64,000 nt of DNA from an uncultured Paenochrobactrum sp. (GCA_947627865.1 CANQXU010000001.1:14717-78716), one strand, 5' to 3'. Counted from the first letter of the stretch, positions 40,305-51,623 are shown. Program-made: numbers and translations. The notes: generated from the letters alone by a model not told the origin.

Positions 40305-41783
40305 ATGCTTTTGTCCTCCTCTCGTCAGGACTGGCTGGGTAACATCCGTGGGGATGTCCTAGCCGGTATTGTTGTTGCTTTAGCGTTAATTCCTGAAGCC
40401 ATCGCATTTTCAATTATTGCAGGCGTCGACCCCAAAGTTGGGTTATACGCCGCATTTTCTATTGCGGTAATTATCGCTTTTATCGGGGGGCGCCCCGGCA
40501 TGATTTCATCGGCAACTGGTGCAATGGCACTTTTAATGGTCGTTCTGGTGAAAGAACATGGACTTCAGTACCTATTAGCTGCGACGGTATTAACCGGGAT
40601 ATTTCAAGTTATCGCAGGATATTTAAAGCTCGGTAATTTAATGCGATTTGTTTCACGTTCGGTGGTAACGGGATTTGTTAATGCGCTGGCTATCTTGATT
40701 TTTTTAGCGCAACTCCCTGAATTAACCAATGTGAGTTGGCATGTTTATGCAATGACCGCGGCAGGCTTAGGGATTATCTATCTGTTTCCATTAGTCAATA
40801 AAACCATTCCGTCTCCATTAGTGTGTATTGTTGTATTAACGATAATTTCAATATGGCTTGGTCTTGATATCCGAACGGTTGGTGATATGGGCGTTCTGCC
40901 TGACAGTTTGCCTATCTTTCTTTTGCCCGATATTCCCTTGAATATTGAAACGCTACTTATCATATTACCCTACTCATTAGCGCTTGCTGTTGTTGGCTTA
41001 TTGGAATCAATGATGACTGCAACGATTGTGGATGATTTGACGGATACAACCAGTGATAAAAATCGAGAATGTAAAGGGCAAGGCATTGCCAATATAGCCA
41101 CTGCATTTATTGGCGGGATGGCAGGATGTGCGATGATCGGTCAATCCATTATCAATATAAAATCGGGTGGCCGAGGTCGATTATCGACACTGGTTGCGGG
41201 TGTTGTTTTATTGCTAATGGTGGTTTTTCTTAATGATTGGGTATCAAAAATCCCTATGGCGGCGTTAGTTGCTGTGATGATTATGGTGTCAATTGGGACC
41301 TTTTCTTGGCAATCCCTTGCCGATATACGAGTCCATCCGCTATCAACCAGCATCGTTATGATAGCCACCGTCATTGTTGTCGTTTGGACCCATAATCTGG
41401 CTTACGGGGTACTTGTCGGGGTGCTCATCGCAGCGCTTAATTTTGCCAATAAAGTCGCGAGATACATGACAGTTACATCAAGACTAGACAGAAAGGTACG
41501 TCATTATGAAGTTCGGGGACAAATTTTCTTTGCCACATCGGAACGCTTTATTAATGTCTTTGATTTTAAAGAAGACATTGATAAAGCGATTATTGATGTG
41601 AATCATGCTCATTTTTGGGATATCACTTCCGTCAGCGCGTTAGATAAAGTGGTAATTAAGTTTCGACGTGAAGGCATTGATATTGAAATTAAGGGGATGA
41701 ATGAAGCCACTGCAACGTTGGTTGATAAGTTTGGTATTCATGACGACCCGGAAAAAATTGAAAAATTCATGGGAGGTCATTAA
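40305..41783 (+). CDS. SulP-family anion permease with STAS domain
   Basis: [31 protein letters not shown]-terminal STAS. Confidence 0.92.
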   Translation: MLLSSSRQDWLGNIRGDVLAGIVVALALIPEAIAFSIIAGVDPKVGLYAAFSIAVIIAFIGGRPGMISSATGAMALLMVVLVKEHGLQYLLAATVLTGIFQVIAGYLKLGNLMRFVSRSVVTGFVNALAILIFLAQLPELTNVSWHVYAMTAAGLGIIYLFPLVNKTIPSPLVCIVVLTIISIWLGLDIRTVGDMGVLPDSLPIFLLPDIPLNIETLLIILPYSLALAVVGLLESMMTATIVDDLTDTTSDKNRECKGQGIANIATAFIGGMAGCAMIGQSIINIKSGGRGRLSTLVAGVVLLLMVVFLNDWVSKIPMAALVAVMIMVSIGTFSWQSLADIRVHPLSTSIVMIATVIVVVWTHNLAYGVLVGVLIAALNFANKVARYMTVTSRLDRKVRHYEVRGQIFFATSERFINVFDFKEDIDKAIIDVNHAHFWDITSVSALDKVVIKFRREGIDIEIKGMNEATATLVDKFGIHDDPEKIEKFMGGH

Positions 41784-41785
41784 TT

Positions 41786-42643
41786 ATGGCAGCAGATATC
41801 ATTCAAAAAACTTGCGTAATTGGGTGTATTGACCGTTCGTCTTCGGCGATTGCCGTTTGTCACGCAAGTACTTGGATAGCTCAAACACTCAAACTTCCGC
41901 TAACACTGTTACACATGAATGAAAAAATCTCGACATCAGCACACCATGATTTAAGTGGGGTCATTGGATTTGATACCCGAGAAACTTTATTGAATGAACT
42001 CGTGGATATTGAGGAAAAGCGGGCGCGTTTAACCCGTGAGGAAGGCCGACAATTATTGATGAGTGCAAAAGAAATCACTCAAGATTTAGGTCTTCTTGAT
42101 GTTAATACACTTCAGCGGCAAGGAGCTTTAGCCGAAGTGCTAAATCAAGATGATACGCATATTGTTGTACTCGGTCGTCGAGGCGAGCAATCTGAATTAA
42201 CGGGGCATATTGGCCGTCAACTCGAAGGCATTATTCGTCTTCAAAAAAACTCAGTGCTTATCTGTAAGCAAAATTTTACCCCACCAAAAAAGATGATGAT
42301 TGCGTTTGATGGAAGTGAGGAAGGTGAACGCGTCATTCATCGGTTAACACAAGTGAAATTATTAGCCGGTAGTGATTGCTATCTGGTAATGCACGGTAAC
42401 CAAGACAGTCAACTCAAAAAAGCACAAAACCGACTTCATCAAGCCGGCATTAAGGTGAAAGCCAATTTACTTGAGGGTGCCGATAGCATCGTTGATGAAT
42501 TGTGTAACTTTGCAGTACAACACCATATTGATTTGATCATCATGGGGGCTTTTGGTCATTCGCGATTGAGGCAATTTTTTACCGGAAGTCATACGACAGA
42601 GATGATACATAAAACGCCCGTGTCATTACTCATCATTCGTTAG
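41786..42643 (+). CDS. Tandem-domain universal stress protein
   Basis: VLGRRG and IMGAFGHSRLRQFFTGS motifs, usual partner of SulP. Confidence 0.9.
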   Translation: MAADIIQKTCVIGCIDRSSSAIAVCHASTWIAQTLKLPLTLLHMNEKISTSAHHDLSGVIGFDTRETLLNELVDIEEKRARLTREEGRQLLMSAKEITQDLGLLDVNTLQRQGALAEVLNQDDTHIVVLGRRGEQSELTGHIGRQLEGIIRLQKNSVLICKQNFTPPKKMMIAFDGSEEGERVIHRLTQVKLLAGSDCYLVMHGNQDSQLKKAQNRLHQAGIKVKANLLEGADSIVDELCNFAVQHHIDLIIMGAFGHSRLRQFFTGSHTTEMIHKTPVSLLIIR

Positions 42644-42670
42644 TTTTTTCGTCTATTGTCATTATTACCA

Positions 42671-42699
42671 AGAGAGGTGACTCACTTTCGTCACCTCTC
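42671..42699. terminator. Hairpin between convergent usp and BCCT genes
   Basis: AGAGAGGTGAC...GTCACCTCTCT. Confidence 0.6.
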
Positions 42700-42714
42700 T
42701 ATCATAATAAGTGG

Positions 42715-44712
42715 CTACGATTTATCCACAATATGAATAAAGTGAATGTGTTTTTCATATTGATCGAGGATATCATGAATAATCTGCGCTTCACTCCATC
42801 CCATAATATCGTAGTCTTGCCCACCTTCCTTTAAATAAACTTCAGCGCGGTAGTATTTCTGAGACTCATTATTTTCATCATCATCCATACCCACTAATGC
42901 AAAAGAAGGTGTCAGGTAGTCCCGTAATCGTATTTCATAGAGGAAATTGAGACTCTCACCAAATTGCACTTCCAGAGTCACTCTATCATCTTTTTCATTA
43001 TGGATAGCGGCCTCTGTGCCCTGCTTTTCCAACTCAGTGACAACAGATTGCATAGCCGACTCAATCACTTCTGTCATGAAACGTTTAACCTGATTACGTT
43101 TAGGGAAGAAAGCTATTTTACGTAATCGACGCTCCCATGATAACCCCCCACGTCCTGTATTCGGTGCTAAAGTGGCAAGCTGTTGACTGTCTTTTTTGTA
43201 AACATCAATACGTAAGGCTTTTAGCAATCCGACGATAGCAGTCAATAAAATAATCGCAAAGGGTAGCGCGGTAGCAATCGTCATGGTTTGTAATGCCGTT
43301 AATCCTCCGGCCAGTAAAAGTGTGATTGCAACGGCCCCCATCAAAAAGGCCCAAAAAATACGTTGCCAAACTGGCGTGTGAATTTCACCACCGGAGGCTA
43401 ACGTATCGACAACCATCGCACCGGAATCCGCGGATGTCACAAAAAAAACAATGACCATCAGCATCGCGACAAAAGAAAGGGCAGATGAAAACGGAAAGTA
43501 ATTTAAAAATTCAAATAAAGCGAGAGCAACGTCTTTTTGAACCACTTGCGCCAACATTTCTGCCCCATTATCGCGGATCAGATGGATGGCACTATTGCCA
43601 AAAAAAGTCATCCAAAGTAGCGTAAACCCGGCAGGGACAAACAGAACGCCAGTGACAAACTCGCGAATGGTACGCCCTCGAGAAATTCTGGCGATAAACA
43701 TCCCGACAAAAGGCGACCATGAAAGCCACCATCCCCAATACAATAATGTCCATCCCCCCAACCATTCACTGGATTGCGGTTCATAAGCATAAAGATTGAA
43801 GGTTTTATTGATAATATCTGAAAGATAAGCGCCTGTATTTTGGACAAAAGATTTGAGTAACAATACGGTCGGGCCTAAAATCCCAATCAATAGCAGTAAC
43901 AATCCGGCTAAACTGAGATTGATCTCAGAGAGAATTCGTATCCCTTTATCTAAACCACTGACCACCGATAACGTGGCTAATCCCGTGATCACCACAATCA
44001 AAATCACTTGCATCGTTGGACTAACGGGAAAACCAAAGAGGTGTGCTAATCCTGCATTCACTTGCAAAACACCAAAGCCTAATGATGTCGCCACCCCGAA
44101 AACGGTGCCGACAACAGCAAAAATATCGACAGCATGACCAATAGGTCCATAAATCCGTTCACCAATGATCGGGTAAAGTGCTGAACGTAAGGTGAGCGGT
44201 AAGCCATGTCGATAACTAAAAAAAGCGAGAATTAAGGCGACAATCGCATAAATCGCCCAGGCATGTAGTCCCCAATGGAAAAACGTAATTTCCATCGCTT
44301 CTCTTGCAGCTTGAACTGTCTGTGGGTCTCCAATGGGAGGAGCAAGATAATGCATCACGGGTTCTGCGACCCCAAAAAACATAAGCCCAATTCCCATTCC
44401 AGCAGAAAACAACATAGCAAACCAGGAAAGATAACTGAATTGGGGCTGGGAATGGTCAGGACCCAATTTAATTTCACCAAATCGAGAGAGGCCTAAATAG
44501 GCGACAGTCAATAAAATTAAGGCAACAGCCAGAATATAAAACCAGCTGGCATTCTCAAAAAGTTGTGCCTGTAGAGCTTTGAGCAAAATTTCAGAACGTT
44601 GAGGAAAAATAGCGGCTATTGCAACGACACATATAATAATAAAAGCGGAAACAAAGAAAACGGGCGGATTTATCTTCCCCCACGTTTGAGACTTTTGTGG
44701 TGATAATGACAT
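42715..44712 (-). CDS. betT: BCCT-family choline/betaine transporter, BetT-like
   Basis: WFAMLFSAGMGIGLMFFGVAEP, FHWGLHAWAIY, BetT-type C-terminal domain. Confidence 0.88.
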   Translation of the reverse strand: MSLSPQKSQTWGKINPPVFFVSAFIIICVVAIAAIFPQRSEILLKALQAQLFENASWFYILAVALILLTVAYLGLSRFGEIKLGPDHSQPQFSYLSWFAMLFSAGMGIGLMFFGVAEPVMHYLAPPIGDPQTVQAAREAMEITFFHWGLHAWAIYAIVALILAFFSYRHGLPLTLRSALYPIIGERIYGPIGHAVDIFAVVGTVFGVATSLGFGVLQVNAGLAHLFGFPVSPTMQVILIVVITGLATLSVVSGLDKGIRILSEINLSLAGLLLLLIGILGPTVLLLKSFVQNTGAYLSDIINKTFNLYAYEPQSSEWLGGWTLLYWGWWLSWSPFVGMFIARISRGRTIREFVTGVLFVPAGFTLLWMTFFGNSAIHLIRDNGAEMLAQVVQKDVALALFEFLNYFPFSSALSFVAMLMVIVFFVTSADSGAMVVDTLASGGEIHTPVWQRIFWAFLMGAVAITLLLAGGLTALQTMTIATALPFAIILLTAIVGLLKALRIDVYKKDSQQLATLAPNTGRGGLSWERRLRKIAFFPKRNQVKRFMTEVIESAMQSVVTELEKQGTEAAIHNEKDDRVTLEVQFGESLNFLYEIRLRDYLTPSFALVGMDDDENNESQKYYRAEVYLKEGGQDYDIMGWSEAQIIHDILDQYEKHIHFIHIVDKS

Positions 44713-44895
44713 TCAATCTCCCTTTTAATGCGTGCTCATGATTGTCATGAAGCTCGGTTTATTGTGATAAATATAAGTTATTTAATTAAAAAGTATCCAA
44801 TCACTTGTTTATACTTAAATATCTCTCTCATGTCATTCCACGCGGTATGACTCATTGTTGAGTAACATAAACTTGATAAACGAATAGAGGGACAT

Positions 44896-45525
44896 TTATT
44901 GCGCTATTTTCATCGATTTTGATACTTTCGAAATAGTATGCCGCGAACAACCTATCAGGTTTTCTATTTGGCTATAGCTTTTTTTCTCCATCAGAAGGCC
45001 TTCAATTTTTTGGTGTAATATTTTGTTGATCGGACGGCCTTTATACTTCCCTTCTTGTTTGGCTTTTTGCACTCCTTGCGCTTGACGACGCCGTCTATCT
45101 TCGTAATCCTTTCTTGCAACCGCTGCCAGCATGTCTAACATCATACTGTTAAGGGCAGCAAGCATTCGTTCTGTAAATTCATCGGTGCGACTCATAAACT
45201 GGTAACTGGTTGGGAGGTCTAAAGAAACGACCTTTAACCCTTTGTGTCCAATGAGATATTTTAATTTTTCCCAGTCATCGGCATTCAAGCGGCTAATTCT
45301 ATCTACCTGTTCAACTAAAATAATATCACCGGGCATGGCCACATTGAGTAAGCGAAAGAGTTCAGGTCTGTGAAGCTGAGCGCCTGACTCATTTTCTTCA
45401 AACCAGCAGGCAATTTGTAGCCCCATTCCTTCAGCAAATTTCAACAGTTCATTTTTTGCTCTTGACGCATCCTGTTCATGCGTAGAAGCACGTAGATATC
45501 CATAAATTCGTATATTTGTCTTCAT
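44896..45525 (-). CDS. tnpR: Serine recombinase (resolvase)
   Basis: YLRAST catalytic motif, DRISR, GKYKGR, C-terminal HTH. Confidence 0.92.
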   Translation of the reverse strand: MKTNIRIYGYLRASTHEQDASRAKNELLKFAEGMGLQIACWFEENESGAQLHRPELFRLLNVAMPGDIILVEQVDRISRLNADDWEKLKYLIGHKGLKVVSLDLPTSYQFMSRTDEFTERMLAALNSMMLDMLAAVARKDYEDRRRRQAQGVQKAKQEGKYKGRPINKILHQKIEGLLMEKKSYSQIENLIGCSRHTISKVSKSMKIAQ

Positions 45526-45700
45526 CGGTGCACTATACATTGGTGTTGTTATAGTAGTGCATTATACATCTATTTTTTATACTTATTACACTAGAGTTTA
45601 CCTAGTGTAGTTAAGGTAGACTTAAATTGCACTTTTATATCGATTACGCGCGCGTCCATTATATGATGTTGTTTATTTTTAGAGGATAGAACATAACCAC
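45526..45700. promoter_or_regulatory. Probable res site and divergent promoters
   Basis: Lies between divergent tnpR and tnpA; repeated GTGCAcTATACAT/GTGCAtTATACAT and ACACTAG...CTAGTGT dyad. Confidence 0.55.
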
Positions 45701-45701
45701 A

Positions 45702-48700
45702 ATGAAAGAGATTAAATCAGGCCGTATTCAAATGTTGACAGAACAGGAGATTCATGAGCTCTATTCTCGTCCAATATTTAATCAAATTGAGCGTGAAGAA
45801 TATTTTTCATTAGATCCGAGTATAAAAAAAATCCTCACTAAAATGGGAAAAATTGAAACGAAAATATATTTAATTCTTCTGATTGGTTATTTTCGCGCGA
45901 AGCCTGTTGTCGCTCAATTTAAACTACGAGAGGTTAAACAAGATGTCGACTATATTTATGCGACACATTTTCCAAATAGAAAGCCGAAATACCCCTTTAT
46001 TGCTAAAAGTACTCGAGCAACATTGATCGCTAAAATGCATGAAATACTGGGTTTTTCGCGGTTATTAAGACAAGATAAACAAGCCTTGATAGAGCGTTTG
46101 GGTGATGTCGCAACAATCTGTACATACCCCAAATATATTTTTGATGAATGCCTCGCTTTTTTAGGTCAAAACAGAATTGGATTAGTGGGTTATTCCACTT
46201 TGCAAAATATGATCACCACGGTTTTAGCTAATGAGAGGCATCGTACCGAGTTGATCCTTTCAAATAGCGTGCCACCAATAATACATAAAAAATTAAAGAA
46301 GATACTGCATACAAAAGGGGTTTTAAATAGTCTATCTGGCCAACAAGGCGCAGCTAAAGATTTTACACCGACAGAGCTCGCAAGTGAAATTGAAACGCAT
46401 AATGCCATAAAAAGTGTTTATCCCGACGTAAAACGTCTTGTTGGTGAATTAGGATTATCATTAGGTAATTTAAGCTATTATGCATCGATTATTCAACATC
46501 AATCGATTTATAAAATTCGTCGATTTCCCGAATGGCAAGGCATGTTATATCTGGTTTGTTATCTATTTTTTCGCTACCAAGAAACTAATGATAAATTGGT
46601 AACAGCTTTTTTATATGTGACGAGAAAGCAAAGGGAAGCTGCGAGTGCTTTAGCTAAGTTACGCATTGCAGAAGAACTGGAAATTATTCGTGAAAAGTTA
46701 ATGCATGCGGGTAATATTTTACACCTCTTTGTTGATGAAAACGTCAGTGACAATACGCAATTTGGTGATATTCGCCAAAATGCATTTGCAATGATGTCTA
46801 AAGATGAAATTCAGTTAATAAGTCAACATCTTAATAAGAATAGTTTTGATAAAACCCATTATGAGTGGCTATACATTGATACACAATACAGAAAAATTGC
46901 GAATACAATGAGGTCACTCTTTCTCGCGATTGATATCGAGTGCGAACCAGGATTACAACTACTATCTTCCCAATTATTAACAGCAAAATCAGAACTTCAA
47001 AAAGATAAGCACATTTCTACCGTCGATCAGCGGTTACTGTTAAAAAACGATAAACCTTTTATCCTGATAGATGAACAGGTTAATACTCAACGATTTGAAT
47101 ACTATTTATACCAAAAAGTGGCTCGGATGATTGAGAGTAACAATATTTACATCAATGAAAGCGCCAGCAACAAGCGTTTAGACGATGATCTGATTTCAGC
47201 CACCGAGTGGAAAAAAAGCCATGTCATCATTCAAAAAACAGGATTAACTCGGCTCAATACACCGATACAACAAACGCTTTCGGAATTAACGCAAAAACTG
47301 AGAGACCAAATGGAGCGAATTGGTCGCAATATCCATGATGGAGCCAATGATTTCGTGACACTTCAACCGCGTTCAAATCAGTTAACATGGAAACTGGCGA
47401 ATAAACGCTGGAAAGATGACATTGATAATCCCATATATAACCAGCTCCAACATATGGGGATCATTGAAATTATGGACTATGTTCATCAAAAAACGGGTTA
47501 CTTAGATGCATTTAAAAATATCGCATCAAAAAAGAAAAACACTAAGGCCAAAGAGGGCGATTTACTCGCTTGCATATTTGGAAATGGCTCAAACTATGGT
47601 GTTCATCATATGTCATCAATATCAGATAGAGCCATCGGTGTGCTTAGAGCCGTCAATGATGGTTATATTAGGCCTGAAACAACGAGTGAAGCTAATGATA
47701 TGATAGCTGATGCTTTAGCAAAACTCCCCATTTTCAAATATTATACGATTAACGAAAGTGCCCCATTTGGTAGTATTGATGGCCAAAAACATGGTTGCCG
47801 AATCAATACATTTAAAGCCCGTTTTTCTGCTAAATATTTCCGAAAAGGGAAAGGCGTATCAGCACTCACATTAGTTTCAAATCATGTACCAATAAATACG
47901 AAAGTGATTTCAGCCAATGAATATGAGGCTCACCACGCATTCGATTTACTCTATAATAATACCAGCCATATTCAGCCCAAAACATTAGCAACAGACACGC
48001 ATGGCGTTAACAATGTAAACTTTGCTATCCTTGATCTCTTTGGGTATCAGTTTGCCCCGCGATATGCAAAATTTAAACACGTTTTTAATGAATTGTTTGA
48101 GATCGAGTATGATGAAATCCTTTCCCTGAAACTTAAAAAATCGCTCAACTTATCACTCATTCAAGAAGAGTGGGAAAATATTCAATGGATAATTTGTTCA
48201 TTAAGCCGTAAAACGACGACACAAAGCACGGTGATTACTAAGCTTTCTAACAGTAAGAAAAACAATCGCACCTTAGCGGCTCTTCGTGAATATGACCGAA
48301 TAATTAAGTGTTTATACGTTCTCGATTATGTTGATGACAAAATGCTCAGGCAGTTTGTCCAACAAGCACTTAATCGGGGTGAGGCTTACCATCAATTACG
48401 GCGTGCAATTGCGTCAATTAATGGTAATCAATTCAGAGGTGGCGATGATTACCAGATAGAACAATGGAATGATTGTGCTCGTATCATTGCTAACTGCATT
48501 ATTTATTATAATTCTGCATTATTATCCAGTTTGATTGAAAAATTTGCGCGTGAAAATAATCAAGAAGCGGTGAATATGATAGCTGAGTTATCACCTGTCG
48601 CATGGCAGCATATACAGCTGGCCGGTAATTACACCTTTGGCCTTAAAAAAGATAATATTGTACTGGAAAGATTACTGGAGAATTTAGATCCTCTTATTTC

Positions 48701-48728
48701 AGAAGAGTCGTTAAGCTTAGCGGCATAG
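45702..48728 (+). CDS. tnpA: Tn3-family transposase
   Basis: 1008 aa, SIDGQK, TDTHG, FAPR, LNRGEAYHQLRRAI, SPVAWQHI. Confidence 0.95.
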   Translation: MKEIKSGRIQMLTEQEIHELYSRPIFNQIEREEYFSLDPSIKKILTKMGKIETKIYLILLIGYFRAKPVVAQFKLREVKQDVDYIYATHFPNRKPKYPFIAKSTRATLIAKMHEILGFSRLLRQDKQALIERLGDVATICTYPKYIFDECLAFLGQNRIGLVGYSTLQNMITTVLANERHRTELILSNSVPPIIHKKLKKILHTKGVLNSLSGQQGAAKDFTPTELASEIETHNAIKSVYPDVKRLVGELGLSLGNLSYYASIIQHQSIYKIRRFPEWQGMLYLVCYLFFRYQETNDKLVTAFLYVTRKQREAASALAKLRIAEELEIIREKLMHAGNILHLFVDENVSDNTQFGDIRQNAFAMMSKDEIQLISQHLNKNSFDKTHYEWLYIDTQYRKIANTMRSLFLAIDIECEPGLQLLSSQLLTAKSELQKDKHISTVDQRLLLKNDKPFILIDEQVNTQRFEYYLYQKVARMIESNNIYINESASNKRLDDDLISATEWKKSHVIIQKTGLTRLNTPIQQTLSELTQKLRDQMERIGRNIHDGANDFVTLQPRSNQLTWKLANKRWKDDIDNPIYNQLQHMGIIEIMDYVHQKTGYLDAFKNIASKKKNTKAKEGDLLACIFGNGSNYGVHHMSSISDRAIGVLRAVNDGYIRPETTSEANDMIADALAKLPIFKYYTINESAPFGSIDGQKHGCRINTFKARFSAKYFRKGKGVSALTLVSNHVPINTKVISANEYEAHHAFDLLYNNTSHIQPKTLATDTHGVNNVNFAILDLFGYQFAPRYAKFKHVFNELFEIEYDEILSLKLKKSLNLSLIQEEWENIQWIICSLSRKTTTQSTVITKLSNSKKNNRTLAALREYDRIIKCLYVLDYVDDKMLRQFVQQALNRGEAYHQLRRAIASINGNQFRGGDDYQIEQWNDCARIIANCIIYYNSALLSSLIEKFARENNQEAVNMIAELSPVAWQHIQLAGNYTFGLKKDNIVLERLLENLDPLISEESLSLAA

Positions 48729-48757
48729 TCTATTAATATTATTAAACTATATATCGG

Positions 48758-48826
48758 CTGTAGTCCTTGATATCAAAGGGCTACAAGCAAACTTTGGACT
48801 TTTCGATGAAATGGGCACACAACCCC
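48758..48826 (-). repeat. Right terminal inverted repeat
   Basis: Reverse complement of the left IR, followed by AGTAA. Confidence 0.93.
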
Positions 48827-48831
48827 AGTAA

Positions 48832-49108
48832 GAAGGGGATGTCGCAGAAGGATGCAGGGGGCTTTAGCTTAGCTCTGGTGGGTTACATTAAAAATACAGG
48901 TTCATATCGACAGTGGATCACTTACGCATCAGCAGATGAGCGCATGCACGTTGTAATAAACCTTTACGAACAAAAAAACGGTTTAATTATGCTTCGGCCA
49001 TTCATTCTGAGTTACGATGAGTTGATGTTGACTCCGGCCGATGTAACGCAGTACACCGACCAAGTTAATTCGATGGATAAAAAACAACATCCTGAATGGT
49101 TTAAGTGA
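48832..49108 (+). pseudogene. 3' part of the interrupted hypothetical gene
   Basis: In-frame continuation KGMSQKDAGG...HPEWFK*. Confidence 0.85.
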
Positions 49109-49173
49109 CCTAAGCTCTGCCAAAAACAGAAACAGAGAGCAATGAGCTCTCTGTCTTTATTTAGTGCGTTGTA

Positions 49174-50085
49174 TTATACAGACTTACTTGGTGTCGCTGT
49201 GATTGAGGATTTCTCTTTATTTTTACCTGAGCAGCAAACGATACCAAAGATAATCATAACCAGTGCTATTACATGATACAGATGAATTTGCTCATCTAAT
49301 AGTACGATACTCAGTAAGCCACCTGAGACCGGGATAATGTGCGTGAAGATCTCACTCCTGGTTGTACCGATCATAGCAACACCTTTATTCCAGAATACGT
49401 AAGAAAGCCATGACGGGAAGATAACAAGATAGGCAACACCAAGAGCAGGGTAAATAGATGCATCCTCTGGCATTGATAGGGTGAGCGAATCCCTCGAGAA
49501 GAACAAAAAGGCTAGGTAGATCGGTATCAGCATAACAGTTCCTATCAGCGAGCAGAAACTGACGAAGGAGGTATGCGTAATGCGTTTATCTTTCTTGCGT
49601 AACAAGGCGCAATAAAATGCCCAGCTGAGTGCGGAAATGATAGTCAGTACATCTCCAACTCCGAACGATGCAAACTGTGACTCGCCATTGACATCAGAGA
49701 GGGCTAGATAAATAACTCCAATAGTGCTGACAACGGCCCCAATCACGTTTCGTTTCGAAATATGCTCTTTGAAGAATAGGAAGTTAATGATCAGAACCAA
49801 GCAGGGGGTGGCGGAAATGTATATTGCGGCATTAAGTGAACTTGTGTACTGCAAGCCGATATAGAGCGTCAGTGGGAAGCTTACTTGGCCTAATAATGAA
49901 AACAGAGAGTTTATTGCTAGGTTCTCTGTAAGTAGGTGCCAGTCTTTTCGTATCACCCTCCAATACAGAGAGAACATTAACAGCGATGTAAATCCCCATC
50001 GTAGAATACTCAGCAGGTAAGGGTCGATATAGCCAACCAGTAAATGTCCTGCCACGTAATTACCGCCCCAGAAAATAGCGGCTAA
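49174..50085 (-). pseudogene. EamA/DMT transporter missing its native 5' end
   Basis: Frame extends to LAAIFWGGNYVAG, then meets an in-frame stop upstream with no ATG. Confidence 0.75.
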
Positions 50086-50685
50086 TTGTAGAGGTTTACG
50101 TGCGTGAAGTAGTTATCACCATGTCCAATTTCATCCCAGATATTTTCACTGATAGTGTCTCTAGTCTCCGGCATCGCACCAATCAGCGTGTGAGAAACCA
50201 GGTCGAAGAAAATCAGGTTCAGAGCGCTATCGCTTTTGAGAAATAAATAGAGTTGCTCAGCCGTGGCATCTTTTTCCAGATATTCGAATAATGGATGCTG
50301 CGTGCCCTTGCCAGACATTGACGAGGAATTCTACAAAATTGTCGTCTTGCCAACAGTTACTGGTGTGGCCTGCGAACTCAGCAGACAGCCACTTGGCTTC
50401 AATTTTTCGCCTGATTACAGATATCACTTCGTCATGCTGAAGTGACGCGGGAATTGATAAGGGATAACAGAGGTTAATTTGGTAAATCATGAACAGCGCG
50501 TTTTGCACTACTTTCAGTGCTTCCGGCATGGATTTGTCATATGCATCGGATAGGATGCCGTCAATGTCTTCAGTGAGTCCTTGAGACAGAGTCAGATCGT
50601 GATTGTTGATGTAGAAAGTAAGGTGTTGTGTAAACCCGTAACCGTCACCTTCAAAAGATGATATTACTTCCTTATTGCTAAACAT
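50082..50685 (-). pseudogene. Heme-oxygenase-like diiron (iron-containing redox) enzyme, frameshifted and 3'-truncated
   Basis: HPLFEYL and ENIWDEIGHG...THVNLY motifs, frame change near 50295, C-terminal ligand helices absent. Confidence 0.7.
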
Positions 50686-51072
50686 AGAAACCTCATCAAG
50701 TATCAGGAAAAGGCAGTCTAAACAGACACTACAGGACTTTAGTGGCGAAATGTGCGCTTTCGATCGGTAGGTCTAACATTTGATACTCCTTACTGCATTT
50801 CGTGACAAAAAGACTTGTAAATCCGTCACTTCTGTCAACATAGTGCATATCTGCCAGAGAACCTTGCGTACATGTTTAAGAATCATGAACAAACTACCAC
50901 TGGTGACGATGTTTGAACGACACGGCTCCGATAATGACGACATGACAATGAGCCCCTGTTTTGCAGGTTATTAACACCGAAGTCCATTTGAAGGAAGTGC
51001 TGACTTTTTTTGGTCTCCCAACAAAGGAGTGTACAGAAATAACCTATATAAAACAATGCGTTATTAAGTCAC

Positions 51073-51100
51073 GTTTAACATAATGATGATTATGCGTATC
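51073..51100 (-). other. dif-like XerC/XerD recombination site
   Basis: GATACGCATAA-TCATCA-TTATGTTAAAC versus E. coli dif GGTGCGCATAA-TGTATA-TTATGTTAAAT. Confidence 0.85.
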
Positions 51101-51271
51101 GCGTTAACAATTTTAACATTTGGCTTTTTTTTGAGTTGGGATTTCATTTTGTTCAGAATTTTCTGGAACCTCTAAATCAACATCTATCGTCACGTTATTA
51201 TTCAATATGCATGGATTTATTTTTAAAGGTATCTATGATCGACAAATCGAGAGTTGAATGTTAGGAAAGTC

Positions 51272-51511
51272 ATGGGACACAATCTGGCGGATTTACCAAA
51301 AGAAAAAATGGACAAGGTTAACGTAGATCTTGCTGCATCAGGTGTTGCATATAAGGAAAGATTGAATAAGCAGGTGCTTGATGTGCAAGTGGAGCAAGAA
51401 CAACCTGAACATCTTAGAAAATACTTTCGAGAGAGACTGACGCATTATCGAAAGCAATCAGAAAACCTACCAGGGCCTGGTTATTATGAGGTATTAGATC
51501 CAAAAGTTTAG
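51272..51511 (+). CDS. holE: DNA polymerase III theta subunit homolog
   Basis: NLADLPKEKMDKVNVDLAASGVAYKER...QPEHLRKYFRERL. Confidence 0.92.
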   Translation: MGHNLADLPKEKMDKVNVDLAASGVAYKERLNKQVLDVQVEQEQPEHLRKYFRERLTHYRKQSENLPGPGYYEVLDPKV

Positions 51512-51623
51512 GACATATTTATTGTGATAATTAATAAAATCAAATATTTGTGATAAGTGAAAGCCTGTTATTATGGTTGTAGGCGCTTGAATCATTCTGG
51601 TTTTAGCATTTGCAAGCACCCTT

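Larger units (their letters stand above)
35468..48826. mobile_element. Tn3-family arsenic-resistance transposon, 13,359 bp
   Basis: GGGG-initiated terminal IRs, 5-bp AGTAA duplication (35463-35467, 48827-48831), divergent tnpR/tnpA. Confidence 0.95.
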
